Shown piece by piece: positions 35,569-44,135 of a stretch of 64,000 nt of DNA. The notes under the pieces were generated by a model. The model had not been told where the DNA came from. It was given only the letters and a program-made list of their open reading frames with translations, and searched no databases. A program made the translations under genes and the position numbers. This DNA comes from Hydrogenophilales bacterium CG12_big_fil_rev_8_21_14_0_65_61_21. Lineage in GTDB: Bacteria > Pseudomonadota > Gammaproteobacteria > Burkholderiales > Thiobacillaceae. The stretch spans positions 56 through 64,055 of the forward strand of contig PFGT01000074.1 of the NCBI GenBank assembly GCA_002782005.1. Direction: 5' to 3'. Numbering within the stretch: the stretch's first letter is position 1; each line of letters begins with the position of its first letter.

Positions 35569-37313
35569 CAGATGGCATCCTTCTCCTCGTGGAATTGCAG
35601 GGCGTGCAGGCGGGCATAGATGCCGCCCCGCGCCAGCAGTTCGGCATGGCTGCCGACCTCGGCGATGCGGCCCTGGTCGAGGACCACGATGCGGTCAGCG
35701 TTTTCGATGGTCGACAGACGATGGGCAATCACCAGCGTGGTGCGACCTTGCATGAGGTTATTTAGCGCGGCCTGGACCTGATGCTCGGATTCGCTATCCA
35801 GGGCTGAGGTCGCCTCGTCCAGGATCAGGATCGGGGCGTTCTTGAGGATGGCGCGGGCGATGGTGATACGCTGGCGCTGGCCGCCGGACAGCTTGACGCC
35901 GTTTTCGCCGATCATGGTGTCGAGGCCGGCCGGCGATTCGCGGATGAAGTCCAGCGCATAAGCGGCCTCGGCAGCGCGTTCGATCTCGGCCCGCGTGACC
36001 TTTTCCAGTCGGCCGTAGGCGATGTTGGCGGCGATGCTGTCGTTGAACAGGGTGGTCTCCTGCGAGACCAGGGCGATATTGGCGCGCAGGCTATCGAGCC
36101 GGATGTCATTCAGATCGACGCCATCGAGCAATATGCGGCCCTGGCTGGGGCTATAAAAACGCGGGATCAGATTGACCAGGCTGGTCTTGCCGCCGCCCGA
36201 GCCGCCCACCAGCGCCACCGTCTCGCCGGCATGAATCTCCAGATTGATGCCGGTCAGGGCCGGGCGCGGCTTACCTGGATAGGCCAGGCCCACCGCCTCG
36301 AAGCGCAACTCGCCGTGCGCCCGCTCGATGGTCACCGTGCCGGTGTCCGGCTCGTCTTTCAGATCGATCAGGGCGAATACCGCCTCGGCGGCGGCCAGTC
36401 CGCGTTGCAAGGCGGCGTTGACCGACGACAGCCGCTTGAGCGGCGCCGAGAGCAACAGCATGGCAACCATGAACGACACAAAGCCGCCCACGGTGGTCTG
36501 GTCGGCCTCCGCCTGGCGGGTGGCGATATAGACGATGATGGCCAGGGCGACCGCCGCCAGCAGTTGGGTAATCGGGTTATGGGCCTGGTCGGCGGCGGTC
36601 TGCTTCATGGCGAAGCGCCGGGCGTGCTGGATGACCGCCTCGAAACGGCGGTGCTCATATTGTCGGCCATCGAACACCTTGACGATCTTCTGACCGGCGA
36701 TGCTCTCGTCCAGGACATGGGTGATGTCGCCTAGATTGCGTTGCAACTCCCGGCTGGTATAGCGCAGACGGCGACTGGCATAACGGAACACCCACAAGGC
36801 CGGCGGGGCAATGGCGAAGGTCACCAGGGACAGCCGCCAGTTGAGGTAGAGCAGCCAGCCGAGCAGCCCCGCCACCGACAGTATGTCGCGCACCAGCGTG
36901 GTCAGCACATTGGTGGCGGCATCGGTCAGTTGGCTGACGTTGTAGGCGGCGTTGGCCACCAGTTGGCCCTTGTTGGCATCGTCGAAGAACGGCACCGGCT
37001 GGGCCAACAGCTTGTCGAACATGCGCCGGCGCAGGTCCATCACGACATGGTTGCCGACATAGGCCATGCTGTACACCGAGATGAACGAGGCGATGCCGCG
37101 CACCACGAACAAGGCCACCAGGGCGATGGGAATCCAGCGGATGACAGCGACGTCCTTGGCGATGAAACTGCCGTCCAGCATCGGCTTCATCAGGGCCGGC
37201 AACACTGGCTCGGAGGCCGCAGTCAGCACCATGGCCGCCACCGACAGGGCGAACATTCGCCAGTGGGGTTTGACGTAGCCAAGCAGGTTCAGATAAAGGG
37301 TTTTCGAGTCCAT
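35568..37313 (-). CDS. msbA: Lipid A export ATP-binding/permease MsbA
   Basis: Six-TM ABC exporter domain plus NBD (GGSGGGKTS, LSGGQRQR, ILILDEATSALD). Start taken at MDSKTLYL (ATG at 37313). Confidence 0.85.
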   Translation of the reverse strand: MDSKTLYLNLLGYVKPHWRMFALSVAAMVLTAASEPVLPALMKPMLDGSFIAKDVAVIRWIPIALVALFVVRGIASFISVYSMAYVGNHVVMDLRRRMFDKLLAQPVPFFDDANKGQLVANAAYNVSQLTDAATNVLTTLVRDILSVAGLLGWLLYLNWRLSLVTFAIAPPALWVFRYASRRLRYTSRELQRNLGDITHVLDESIAGQKIVKVFDGRQYEHRRFEAVIQHARRFAMKQTAADQAHNPITQLLAAVALAIIVYIATRQAEADQTTVGGFVSFMVAMLLLSAPLKRLSSVNAALQRGLAAAEAVFALIDLKDEPDTGTVTIERAHGELRFEAVGLAYPGKPRPALTGINLEIHAGETVALVGGSGGGKTSLVNLIPRFYSPSQGRILLDGVDLNDIRLDSLRANIALVSQETTLFNDSIAANIAYGRLEKVTRAEIERAAEAAYALDFIRESPAGLDTMIGENGVKLSGGQRQRITIARAILKNAPILILDEATSALDSESEHQVQAALNNLMQGRTTLVIAHRLSTIENADRIVVLDQGRIAEVGSHAELLARGGIYARLHALQFHEEKDAI

Positions 37314-37376
37314 GAAAGCGCAGTCGTGCGTAAACACATGTTGACGCAACAAAAATTAGCCAATTATAGTGCTGGA

Positions 37377-37568
37377 ATGTTGGAAGAACTGGATGCTCTG
37401 GAAGCAAAACTCGCGCAACTGCTGGAACGCAATCAGTTTGTGCGCGCCGAAAACGCCAGGCTGCGTCAACAGGTGGTCGCCACGGAAAACGCCAACAAGC
37501 TGCTGTCTGAACGACTGGCCGAGGTCCGCCGCCGGATGGAAGACCTGTCCGACAAATTGCCCAACTAA
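37377..37568 (+). CDS. Small coiled-coil protein (TIGR02449-like, usual upstream partner of zapA)
   Basis: 63 aa of heptad-like sequence, MLEELDALEAKLAQLLERNQFVRAENARLRQQV... It sits immediately upstream of zapA. Confidence 0.7.
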   Translation: MLEELDALEAKLAQLLERNQFVRAENARLRQQVVATENANKLLSERLAEVRRRMEDLSDKLPN

Positions 37569-37587
37569 CAGACACTCACTGGAAACC

Positions 37588-37899
37588 ATGCCACCGGCCA
37601 AAAACGTCAGTCTGGATGTCACCATCATGGGCCGTGAATTTCGGGTTTCCTGCCCGGAAAACGAGAAGTTGAGCCTTATGGAGGCCGCCGGTTATCTAGA
37701 CAAGAAGATGCGCGAGATCCGCGACTCCGGCAAGGTGATCGGCATCGAGCGCATCGCCATCATGGCCGCGCTCAATATCGCCCACGATTACCTCAACGCC
37801 CAGCCAGCCGACCCCGACAGCGCGGAAGTGCGCTCGCGCATTGAACGAATCGGCGGACTGCTTGATAAAGCGCTGGCCCAGCAAGATAATCTGTTCTGA
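37588..37899 (+). CDS. zapA: Cell division protein ZapA
   Basis: VSLDVTIMGREFRVSCPENE...LNIAHDYL and a C-terminal coiled coil. Start is the ATG at 37588. Confidence 0.9.
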   Translation: MPPAKNVSLDVTIMGREFRVSCPENEKLSLMEAAGYLDKKMREIRDSGKVIGIERIAIMAALNIAHDYLNAQPADPDSAEVRSRIERIGGLLDKALAQQDNLF

Positions 37900-38078
37900 G
37901 CCCTGCCGCGTTCGCGAGGTGGGCGTATTCTTTGAACCGATGCGTAAACCGCGTGGCGGCGGCAATCATCCGGCGGGTGTGCGCGTGGCCTGGTCCATGT
38001 ACCCGAAGCCGGTATGCTGCGGCCCTCTTGAACCCTGGGTTCAGGATTGCTAACCGGACGACGCACGCGGGGCTCACT
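37899..38078 (+). ncRNA. ssrS: 6S RNA (ssrS)
   Basis: Canonical position between zapA and the 5-formyl-THF cyclo-ligase gene. The ends pair (GAGCCCUGCCGCG with CGCGGGGCUC). The 3' arm CUUGAACCCUGGGUUCAGGAUUGC mirrors E. coli 6S ACCUUGAACCAAGGGUUCAAGGGUUAC. Ends are good to about 5 nt. Confidence 0.85.
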
Positions 38079-38083
38079 CATCC

Positions 38084-38692
38084 ATGACCGCCAACACCCC
38101 TTCCAGCAAGGCCGAAATCCGGCGCCAACTGCGCCGCTCGCGTAATGCAGTACCCGCCACATTGCGGATTCTGGCCGCTCGCCAAGCGCTGCGCATCGCC
38201 TTGCATCGACGTCTGCTGGGCAAAAAAAACCGGGTCGGTTTCTACATCCCGGCCAAGGGCGAGTTCGACTGCCTGCCGCTGATCGAGCAGGCCATGGGTA
38301 TGGGCATGGCCTGCTATCTGCCCGTGGTACCGCCGGCGCGGCAAAAAAAACTGTGGTTCTCGCTGTTAGGCGATGGTCCGCACTGGGCGCTCAACCGCTA
38401 TGGCATTCCGGAATACGTCCGACATGCTGGCCGGGTACGCGCCGCCGGCCTGGATACCCTGTTTTTACCCTTGCTCGGCTTCGACCGGCGGGGTTATCGC
38501 ATGGGTATGGGCGGCGGCTATTACGATGCCAGTTTGGCCTTCCTATCCAGACGCCGGCATTGGCGCAGGCCCTTACTGGTCGGCCTTGCCTTCGAGGCGC
38601 AGGGCGTCGAGCGCCTGCCTGATGACCCCTGGGATATACCGCTGGACGCGGTCATCACCGAGCGGCGTTATTGGCGTTTCAAACACCGTTGA
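38084..38692 (+). CDS. ygfA: 5-formyltetrahydrofolate cyclo-ligase
   Basis: Canonical gene downstream of ssrS. Motifs LPLLGFDRRGYRMGMGGGYYD. Confidence 0.9.
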   Translation: MTANTPSSKAEIRRQLRRSRNAVPATLRILAARQALRIALHRRLLGKKNRVGFYIPAKGEFDCLPLIEQAMGMGMACYLPVVPPARQKKLWFSLLGDGPHWALNRYGIPEYVRHAGRVRAAGLDTLFLPLLGFDRRGYRMGMGGGYYDASLAFLSRRRHWRRPLLVGLAFEAQGVERLPDDPWDIPLDAVITERRYWRFKHR

Positions 38693-38699
38693 CCAGCGC

Positions 38700-38867
38700 T
38701 CAGGTCAGATGCCAGACCAGTGCAGAGGTGGCGCACCCGCCGCCCACGCCTTGATCGCAACCCAGTATCGCGGTCAAGGTAATAGCGGCAATGCTGGCAA
38801 CAACGAACAGGGTGCTCAAAACGACGCCCATCATTTCCTTGGCAAATTCGGTATCTCGTAATTTCAT
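38700..38867 (-). CDS. 55-aa small membrane protein (hypothetical)
   Basis: Below the track cutoff. Strong SD (GGAGGTACGCAGC-ATG). Sequence MKLRDTEFAKEMMGVVLSTLFVVASIAAITLTAILGCDQGVGGGCATSALVWHLT has one clear TM helix. Confidence 0.5.
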   Translation of the reverse strand: MKLRDTEFAKEMMGVVLSTLFVVASIAAITLTAILGCDQGVGGGCATSALVWHLT

Positions 38868-38940
38868 GCTGCGTACCTCCTGAAGTAAGTGAAGGCCGCA
38901 GTCTAGGACCGCTAGATTAACTAAAGCTTAAGCGGAATAT

Positions 38941-39648
38941 TCACTCGCCCAGGTAGGCCGCCTTGACCATGGGGTCGTCGGCCAGCGCCTGGCTGGCGCC
39001 GGTCAGCACTACACTGCCGCTCTCCATGACATAGCCGCGCTGGCTGACTTGCAGCGCCAGATGGGCGTTTTGTTCCACCAGCAGGATGGTGACGCCGTCG
39101 CGGGCGATTTCGGCGATGGTTTGGTAGATTTTTTGCACCATGATGGGCGCTAGGCCCATGCTGGGTTCGTCCAGCAATAGCAGCCGGGGCCTGGCCATGA
39201 TGGCGCGACCCAGAGCCAGCATCTGCTGCTCGCCGCCGGACAGGGTACCGGCCAGTTGCGCCCGGCGCTCGGCCAGACGTGGGAACAGGTCATACACCCG
39301 GTTCAGGTCCAGCCGCACCGGCCCGACATCGCGCCGGGTATAAGCGCCCATGTCGAGGTTCTCGGCCACCGAGAGGCGGGCGAAGATGCCGCGTCCTTCG
39401 GGCACCAGGGTCATGCCTTTGGCGACGATGGCGTGGGTTGGCAGACCATTCAGCCGCTCGCCAGTGAAGCGGACCTCGCCGTGGTGCTGGACCAACCCGA
39501 TCAGGCCCTTGAGCGCGCTGCTCTTGCCGGCGCCGTTGGCGCCGATCAGGCAGACCAGTTCGCCTTGCTCGATGACAAGGTCGATGCCGCGCACCGCCTG
39601 GATGCCGCCATAGGCGACCTTCAGGCCTTTGACTTCAAGCAGGCTCAC
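38941..39648 (-). CDS. livF: Branched-chain amino acid ABC transporter ATP-binding protein LivF
   Basis: GANGAGKSS Walker A, LSGGEQQM and LLLLDEPS. Last gene of the liv-type operon. Confidence 0.9.
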   Translation of the reverse strand: MSLLEVKGLKVAYGGIQAVRGIDLVIEQGELVCLIGANGAGKSSALKGLIGLVQHHGEVRFTGERLNGLPTHAIVAKGMTLVPEGRGIFARLSVAENLDMGAYTRRDVGPVRLDLNRVYDLFPRLAERRAQLAGTLSGGEQQMLALGRAIMARPRLLLLDEPSMGLAPIMVQKIYQTIAEIARDGVTILLVEQNAHLALQVSQRGYVMESGSVVLTGASQALADDPMVKAAYLGE

Positions 39649-40412
39649 GATACCGCCCCGCCCAGGTAGGCCTCGATCACCGCCGGGTTGCGGCGGACTT
39701 CATCGGGCACACCCTCGGCGATCTTCTTGCCGTAGTCGAGCACCGCGACCCGGTCGCAGACGCCCATGACCAACTTCACGTCGTGCTCGATCAGGAGCAA
39801 GGTGATGCCGGCGTCGCGCAGTTTGCGGAACAACTCGCTCATCTCACGCCGTTCATTCGGGTTCATGCCGGCCACCGGCTCGTCCAACGCCAGCAATCTA
39901 GGTTCGGTGGCCAGGGCCCGGGCGATCTCCAGCCGGCGCTGATCGCCGTAGGACAGATGACCGGCTAGGCTGCGGCTGCGATCCTTCAGGCCGACGAATG
40001 CCATGAGCGACTTGGCCCGTTGGCGGCTGTCGCGCTCCTCGGCCAGGCAGCGCCGACTGTGCAGAACCGCCCCCAGCACGCCGGTCCGGGTGCGCGCGTG
40101 GCGGCCGACCATGACGTTCTCCAGGGCGGTCATGTTGGCGAACAGGCGAATATTCTGAAAGGTGCGGGCGAAGCCCCGGCCGACGATCTGGTGCGGCTTG
40201 CGATTGTGGATCGGCACTCCGTCCAGCCGGATGACGCCCGCGCTGACCGTGTAGAGGCCGGTCATGCAGTTGAACAGAGTGGTCTTGCCGGCGCCGTTGG
40301 GGCCGATCAGGCCATAGACCTCGCCGGCGTTCACGGTCAGGCTGACCGCCTCCAGAGCGCTCAGGCCGCCGAAGCGCTTGGTCACATTTTCTACCGTCAG
40401 CAACGTGGTCAT
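39645..40412 (-). CDS. livG: Branched-chain amino acid ABC transporter ATP-binding protein LivG
   Basis: GPNGAGKTT, LSYGDQRRLEIARAL and LLALDEPVAG. Confidence 0.9.
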   Translation of the reverse strand: MTTLLTVENVTKRFGGLSALEAVSLTVNAGEVYGLIGPNGAGKTTLFNCMTGLYTVSAGVIRLDGVPIHNRKPHQIVGRGFARTFQNIRLFANMTALENVMVGRHARTRTGVLGAVLHSRRCLAEERDSRQRAKSLMAFVGLKDRSRSLAGHLSYGDQRRLEIARALATEPRLLALDEPVAGMNPNERREMSELFRKLRDAGITLLLIEHDVKLVMGVCDRVAVLDYGKKIAEGVPDEVRRNPAVIEAYLGGAVS

Positions 40413-40418
40413 GGCGCG

Positions 40419-41531
40419 TCAGGCCTTGGCGTCATAAAGGCTGGCGGCTTCCTGCTCGGCCGCCCCATCCTCGGCCCGGAATTCGCGCCGGCGCTGACGC
40501 GAGGGCAGTAGGCCGGCCGGCCGATAGAGCATCATAGCCACCATGGCCAGGCCAAACAGCAACATCCGCAGGTCGTTGGGATCGACCACCACATGGCCCA
40601 GCGCCGCCCGCTGCCAGGCGCCGAGGTAGCGCAGCGCCTCGGGCAGCACGGTGAGCAGCACCGCGCCCAGGATCACGCCGGGGATATTGCCCATGCCGCC
40701 CAGCACGATCATGCACAGGATCATGACCGATTCCATCAAGTTGAAGCTCTCCGGACTGATAAAGCCCTGGAAGGCGGCGAACAGGCCGCCGGCCAGGCCG
40801 CCAAAACTGGCGCCCATGGCGAAGGCCAGCAGCTTGATATTGCGGGTGTCGATGCCCATGGCGGCAGCGGCGACCTCGTCCTCGCGGATCGCCGCCCAGG
40901 CCCGGCCGATGCGCGAGTCCTGCAAGCGCATGGCGACCAGGATGGTGAACAGGGTGAAGAACAGGAACAGGTAATAATAAAAAGTGGGCGGGAAGACATG
41001 GACACCGAGGATGGTGTGGCGCGCGCCGAGCGAGAAGCCGCCGATGCTGATTGGGTCGATCAGGTTGATGCCCTGCGGCCCGTTGGTGATGTTCACCGGC
41101 GCGTCCAGGTTATTCATGAAGATGCGCACGATCTCGCCGAAGCCCAGGGTGACGATGGCCAGGTAGTCGCCGCGCAAGCGCAGGGTCGGCGCCCCCAGCA
41201 GCACGCCAAAGCCGCCGGCCAGCAGGGCGCCCGACGGCAGGACCAGCCAGAACGGCAGGTGCAGGCCGAACTGAGGGCTGCTCAACCAGGCGAACAGATA
41301 GGCGCCCAAGGCGTAAAAGGCGATGTAGCCGAGGTCGAGCAGGCCGGCGTAACCGACCACGATGTTCAGGCCGAGGGCCAGTATGGCGTAGAGCAGAGCA
41401 AAATCGAGCACCCGGACCCAGCCCCGGCCCAGCCCGATGCTGACGATAAAGGGCAACACCGCCAGGAGAACCGCGAGCAGACCAAAGGCGAGGCCGGGAT
41501 GCCGGCGCAACCAGTCAGGCACGCTGCGCAA
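40419..41531 (-). CDS. livM: Branched-chain amino acid ABC transporter permease LivM
   Basis: Multi-TM permease of the HAAT family, positioned between livH and livG. Confidence 0.9.
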   Translation of the reverse strand: MRSVPDWLRRHPGLAFGLLAVLLAVLPFIVSIGLGRGWVRVLDFALLYAILALGLNIVVGYAGLLDLGYIAFYALGAYLFAWLSSPQFGLHLPFWLVLPSGALLAGGFGVLLGAPTLRLRGDYLAIVTLGFGEIVRIFMNNLDAPVNITNGPQGINLIDPISIGGFSLGARHTILGVHVFPPTFYYYLFLFFTLFTILVAMRLQDSRIGRAWAAIREDEVAAAAMGIDTRNIKLLAFAMGASFGGLAGGLFAAFQGFISPESFNLMESVMILCMIVLGGMGNIPGVILGAVLLTVLPEALRYLGAWQRAALGHVVVDPNDLRMLLFGLAMVAMMLYRPAGLLPSRQRRREFRAEDGAAEQEAASLYDAKA

Positions 41532-42444
41532 CGCGCTCTCCCAGCAAGCCGGAGGGTCTGAACACCAGGACCAGAATCAGTACCATGAAGGCGAACACGT
41601 CCTGGTAATTGCTGCCCAGGAAACCGCCAGTCAGGTCGCCGATATAGCCGGCCCCCAAGGCCTCGATGACGCCCAGCAGCAACCCGCCCAGCATCGCCCC
41701 GGCGAGGTTGCCGATACCGCCCAGCACCGCCGCCGAGAAGGCCTTTAGGCCGAGCATGAAGCCCATGTAGTAATGGCCCAGGCCATAGTAAGCGCTAACC
41801 ATGACGCCGGCGATGGCGGCCAGCGCCGAGCCGATGATGAAGGTAGCGGAGATCACCGTATTGACGTTGACCCCCATCAGTTCGGCCACTTCGCGCGATT
41901 GCGCGGTGGCCCGCATGGCGCGGCCCAGCCGGGTGCGTTCGACCAGCAGGGTGAGGCCCAGCATAATCAGGACCGAGAGCGTGACGATGACTATTTGCAG
42001 ATCGGTGATTACCGCGCCCAATATCGGGTGCGAACCGTGGGGCAGGATGGCCGGAAACGAGATGTAGCTACGGCCCCAGATCAGCATGGCGGCGTTTTGC
42101 AGGACGATGGACACGCCGATCGCGGTTATCAGCGGCGCTAGGCGCGGTGCGCGGCGCAGGGGCCGATAAGCGACCCGTTCGATGACATAACCCAAGGCCA
42201 TGCAGACCATGATCGCGGCCAGCACGCCGGCCGGCAAGACCAGCAGCGCGGGCGCCTGTGGGTAAGCGCCAAGCAGTGCGCCGATCACCGCCAGGGCGCT
42301 CATGGCACCAACCATGGTCACCTCGCCGTGGGCGAAATTGATGAGTTCCAGGATGCCGTAGACCATGGTGTAGCCCAGGGCGACCAGAGCGTAGATGCTG
42401 CCCAGGACCAGGCCGTTGATAAGCTGCTGGACAAAAATATCCAT
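41515..42444 (-). CDS. livH: Branched-chain amino acid ABC transporter permease LivH
   Basis: MDIFVQQLINGLVLGSIYALVALGYTMVYG is a typical LivH N-terminus. Confidence 0.9.
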   Translation of the reverse strand: MDIFVQQLINGLVLGSIYALVALGYTMVYGILELINFAHGEVTMVGAMSALAVIGALLGAYPQAPALLVLPAGVLAAIMVCMALGYVIERVAYRPLRRAPRLAPLITAIGVSIVLQNAAMLIWGRSYISFPAILPHGSHPILGAVITDLQIVIVTLSVLIMLGLTLLVERTRLGRAMRATAQSREVAELMGVNVNTVISATFIIGSALAAIAGVMVSAYYGLGHYYMGFMLGLKAFSAAVLGGIGNLAGAMLGGLLLGVIEALGAGYIGDLTGGFLGSNYQDVFAFMVLILVLVFRPSGLLGERVAQRA

Positions 42445-42483
42445 GGTGTTACGCCCCTCCCCGGCGGGGGAGGGTGAGGGTCA

Positions 42484-43680
42484 TCATTTAACGGTTTCCA
42501 GAACCACCCAGGCGCCGTTCTTGACCCGATACAAAGTGACTGAGCCGCCGGCGATGTCGCCTTTGGCGTCGAACCGCAATGGTCCGGTGACGCCCGATTG
42601 ATCGGTCTTGGCCAGTTCCGCCAGGACCTTGGCCGGCTCGGCTGAGTCGGCCCGCTTCATAGCCGCTGCCAATACATTCACTGCGTCATAGGCATATGGC
42701 GCGTAGACCTGGATGGGGCCGAACCGAGCTTCGAACTTTTGCTTGAATGCCGGGCCGCCCGGCATGGCGGCGAGCGGCAGACCGGGCGACGAGGCGATAA
42801 CCCCTTCGGCATCAACGCCCGCGAGCTTCAGGAAGTTGATATTCTGCAACCCGTCACCACCCAGCAACTGGGCGCGCAGGCCCAAGCGCTTCATCTGTTG
42901 GGCCATGGGGCCGCCCTGCGGATCCATGCCGCCGAAAAAGACCAGGTCGGGGGTCTTGCCCTTGATACTGGTCAGAATCGCGGTGAAATCGGTGGCCTTG
43001 TCGCTGGTGTACTCACGCGCGGTAATGCTGGCGCCGGCGGCCTTGACCGCCTTCTCGAATTCATCCGCCAGACCCTGACCGTATGCAGTCCGGTCATCGA
43101 TGACGGCGATCTTTTTCGCTCCCAGCTTGGTCACCGCGTACTGGCCCAACGCGCGGCCTTGCTGGGCATCGTTGGCCATCACCCGATAGGCGGTGTTATA
43201 GCCTTGCGCCGTGTAGGCGATGGCGGTTGCCGAAGGCGATATTTGGGGGATGCCGTTGTCGTGATAAATCCTGGAAGCCGGGATCGTGGTACCGGAATTG
43301 AGATGGCCGATGACCGCCTTGGCGCCATCGTCAACCAGCTTCTGGGCGACCGTGGCGGCGGTCTTGGGGTCGGCGGCATCGTCCTCGCTGACGAGTTCGA
43401 GTTTGACCGGTTTGCCGGCCAATTTCAGTCCCTGGGCGTTGATCTCGTCAACCGCCAGACGGGCGCCATTGTCGTTGTCCTTGCCGATGTGCGATTGCGG
43501 GCCGGTGAGCGGCGCCACTGAGCCGATGCGGATGGTAGCCTCATTTGCGGCCGTGCTTTTGCCCTGGCCGCAACCGGCCAGCAGCGTCGCAACCGCAATG
43601 GAAACAATAGGTAAACCCAGATAAGCCCAGCGCACGATCAGCCCCCGATGCAACAACGAATTGGCTGATTTATACCACAA
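42484..43680 (-). CDS. Branched-chain amino acid ABC transporter substrate-binding protein (LivJ/K family), predicted lipoprotein
   Basis: Type I periplasmic binding fold (IRIGSVAPLTGPQSHIGKD...). Lipobox LLAGCG. The track start at 43680 is a TTG without an SD. The GTG at 43635 (VRWAYLGLPIV...) is preceded by GGGGG and is more plausible. Confidence 0.85.
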   Translation of the reverse strand: MWYKSANSLLHRGLIVRWAYLGLPIVSIAVATLLAGCGQGKSTAANEATIRIGSVAPLTGPQSHIGKDNDNGARLAVDEINAQGLKLAGKPVKLELVSEDDAADPKTAATVAQKLVDDGAKAVIGHLNSGTTIPASRIYHDNGIPQISPSATAIAYTAQGYNTAYRVMANDAQQGRALGQYAVTKLGAKKIAVIDDRTAYGQGLADEFEKAVKAAGASITAREYTSDKATDFTAILTSIKGKTPDLVFFGGMDPQGGPMAQQMKRLGLRAQLLGGDGLQNINFLKLAGVDAEGVIASSPGLPLAAMPGGPAFKQKFEARFGPIQVYAPYAYDAVNVLAAAMKRADSAEPAKVLAELAKTDQSGVTGPLRFDAKGDIAGGSVTLYRVKNGAWVVLETVK

Positions 43681-43705
43681 GGAGCGGAGCGTCTGGACCA
43701 GAAAC

Positions 43706-43734
43706 GAACAAGGCCGGTTAAACCGGCCTTGTTC
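43706..43734 (-). terminator. Hairpin terminator after the cytochrome c551 gene
   Basis: GAACAAGGCCGGTT-A-AACCGGCCTTGTTC (14-bp arms), followed on the minus strand by GTTTCTGG. The T-tract is weak. Confidence 0.55.
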
Positions 43735-43749
43735 AGCGTTGCGACAGGC

Positions 43750-44064
43750 TTACAGGGACATGATCCACTTAGCCAGGGCCTTGGCGTCATCGGACTTGAC
43801 CTGAGACTGGGCCGGCATGGGCATGGCGCCCCAGACGCCCTTGCTGCCGTTGTGGACCACGCCGGCGATGTGCTCCTCGGCCTTGGCGTTGCCCTTGTAC
43901 TTCTTGGCGACGTCCTTGAAGGCGGGGCCGACCACCTTCTTGTCGACCTGGTGGCAACCCAGGCAGCCACTCTTCTGGGCCAGGCTCTGGCTGGCCGAGG
44001 CGGTGCCGGCAAAGGCCAGCAAGGCGGCAGCGATAATCAATGCGGTTTTCATAGTGTTCTCCAA
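43750..44064 (-). CDS. Class I c-type cytochrome (c551/c552-like)
   Basis: Signal peptide, CLGCH heme site and distal Met region (GVWGAMPMPAQ). 104 aa. Confidence 0.85.
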   Translation of the reverse strand: MENTMKTALIIAAALLAFAGTASASQSLAQKSGCLGCHQVDKKVVGPAFKDVAKKYKGNAKAEEHIAGVVHNGSKGVWGAMPMPAQSQVKSDDAKALAKWIMSL

Positions 44065-44135
44065 AAGTAATAAGTGCCAGTTGCGCGATGTGCATGACCG
44101 TTAACCCAGTCACAAATAACATCTTAATACATAGA

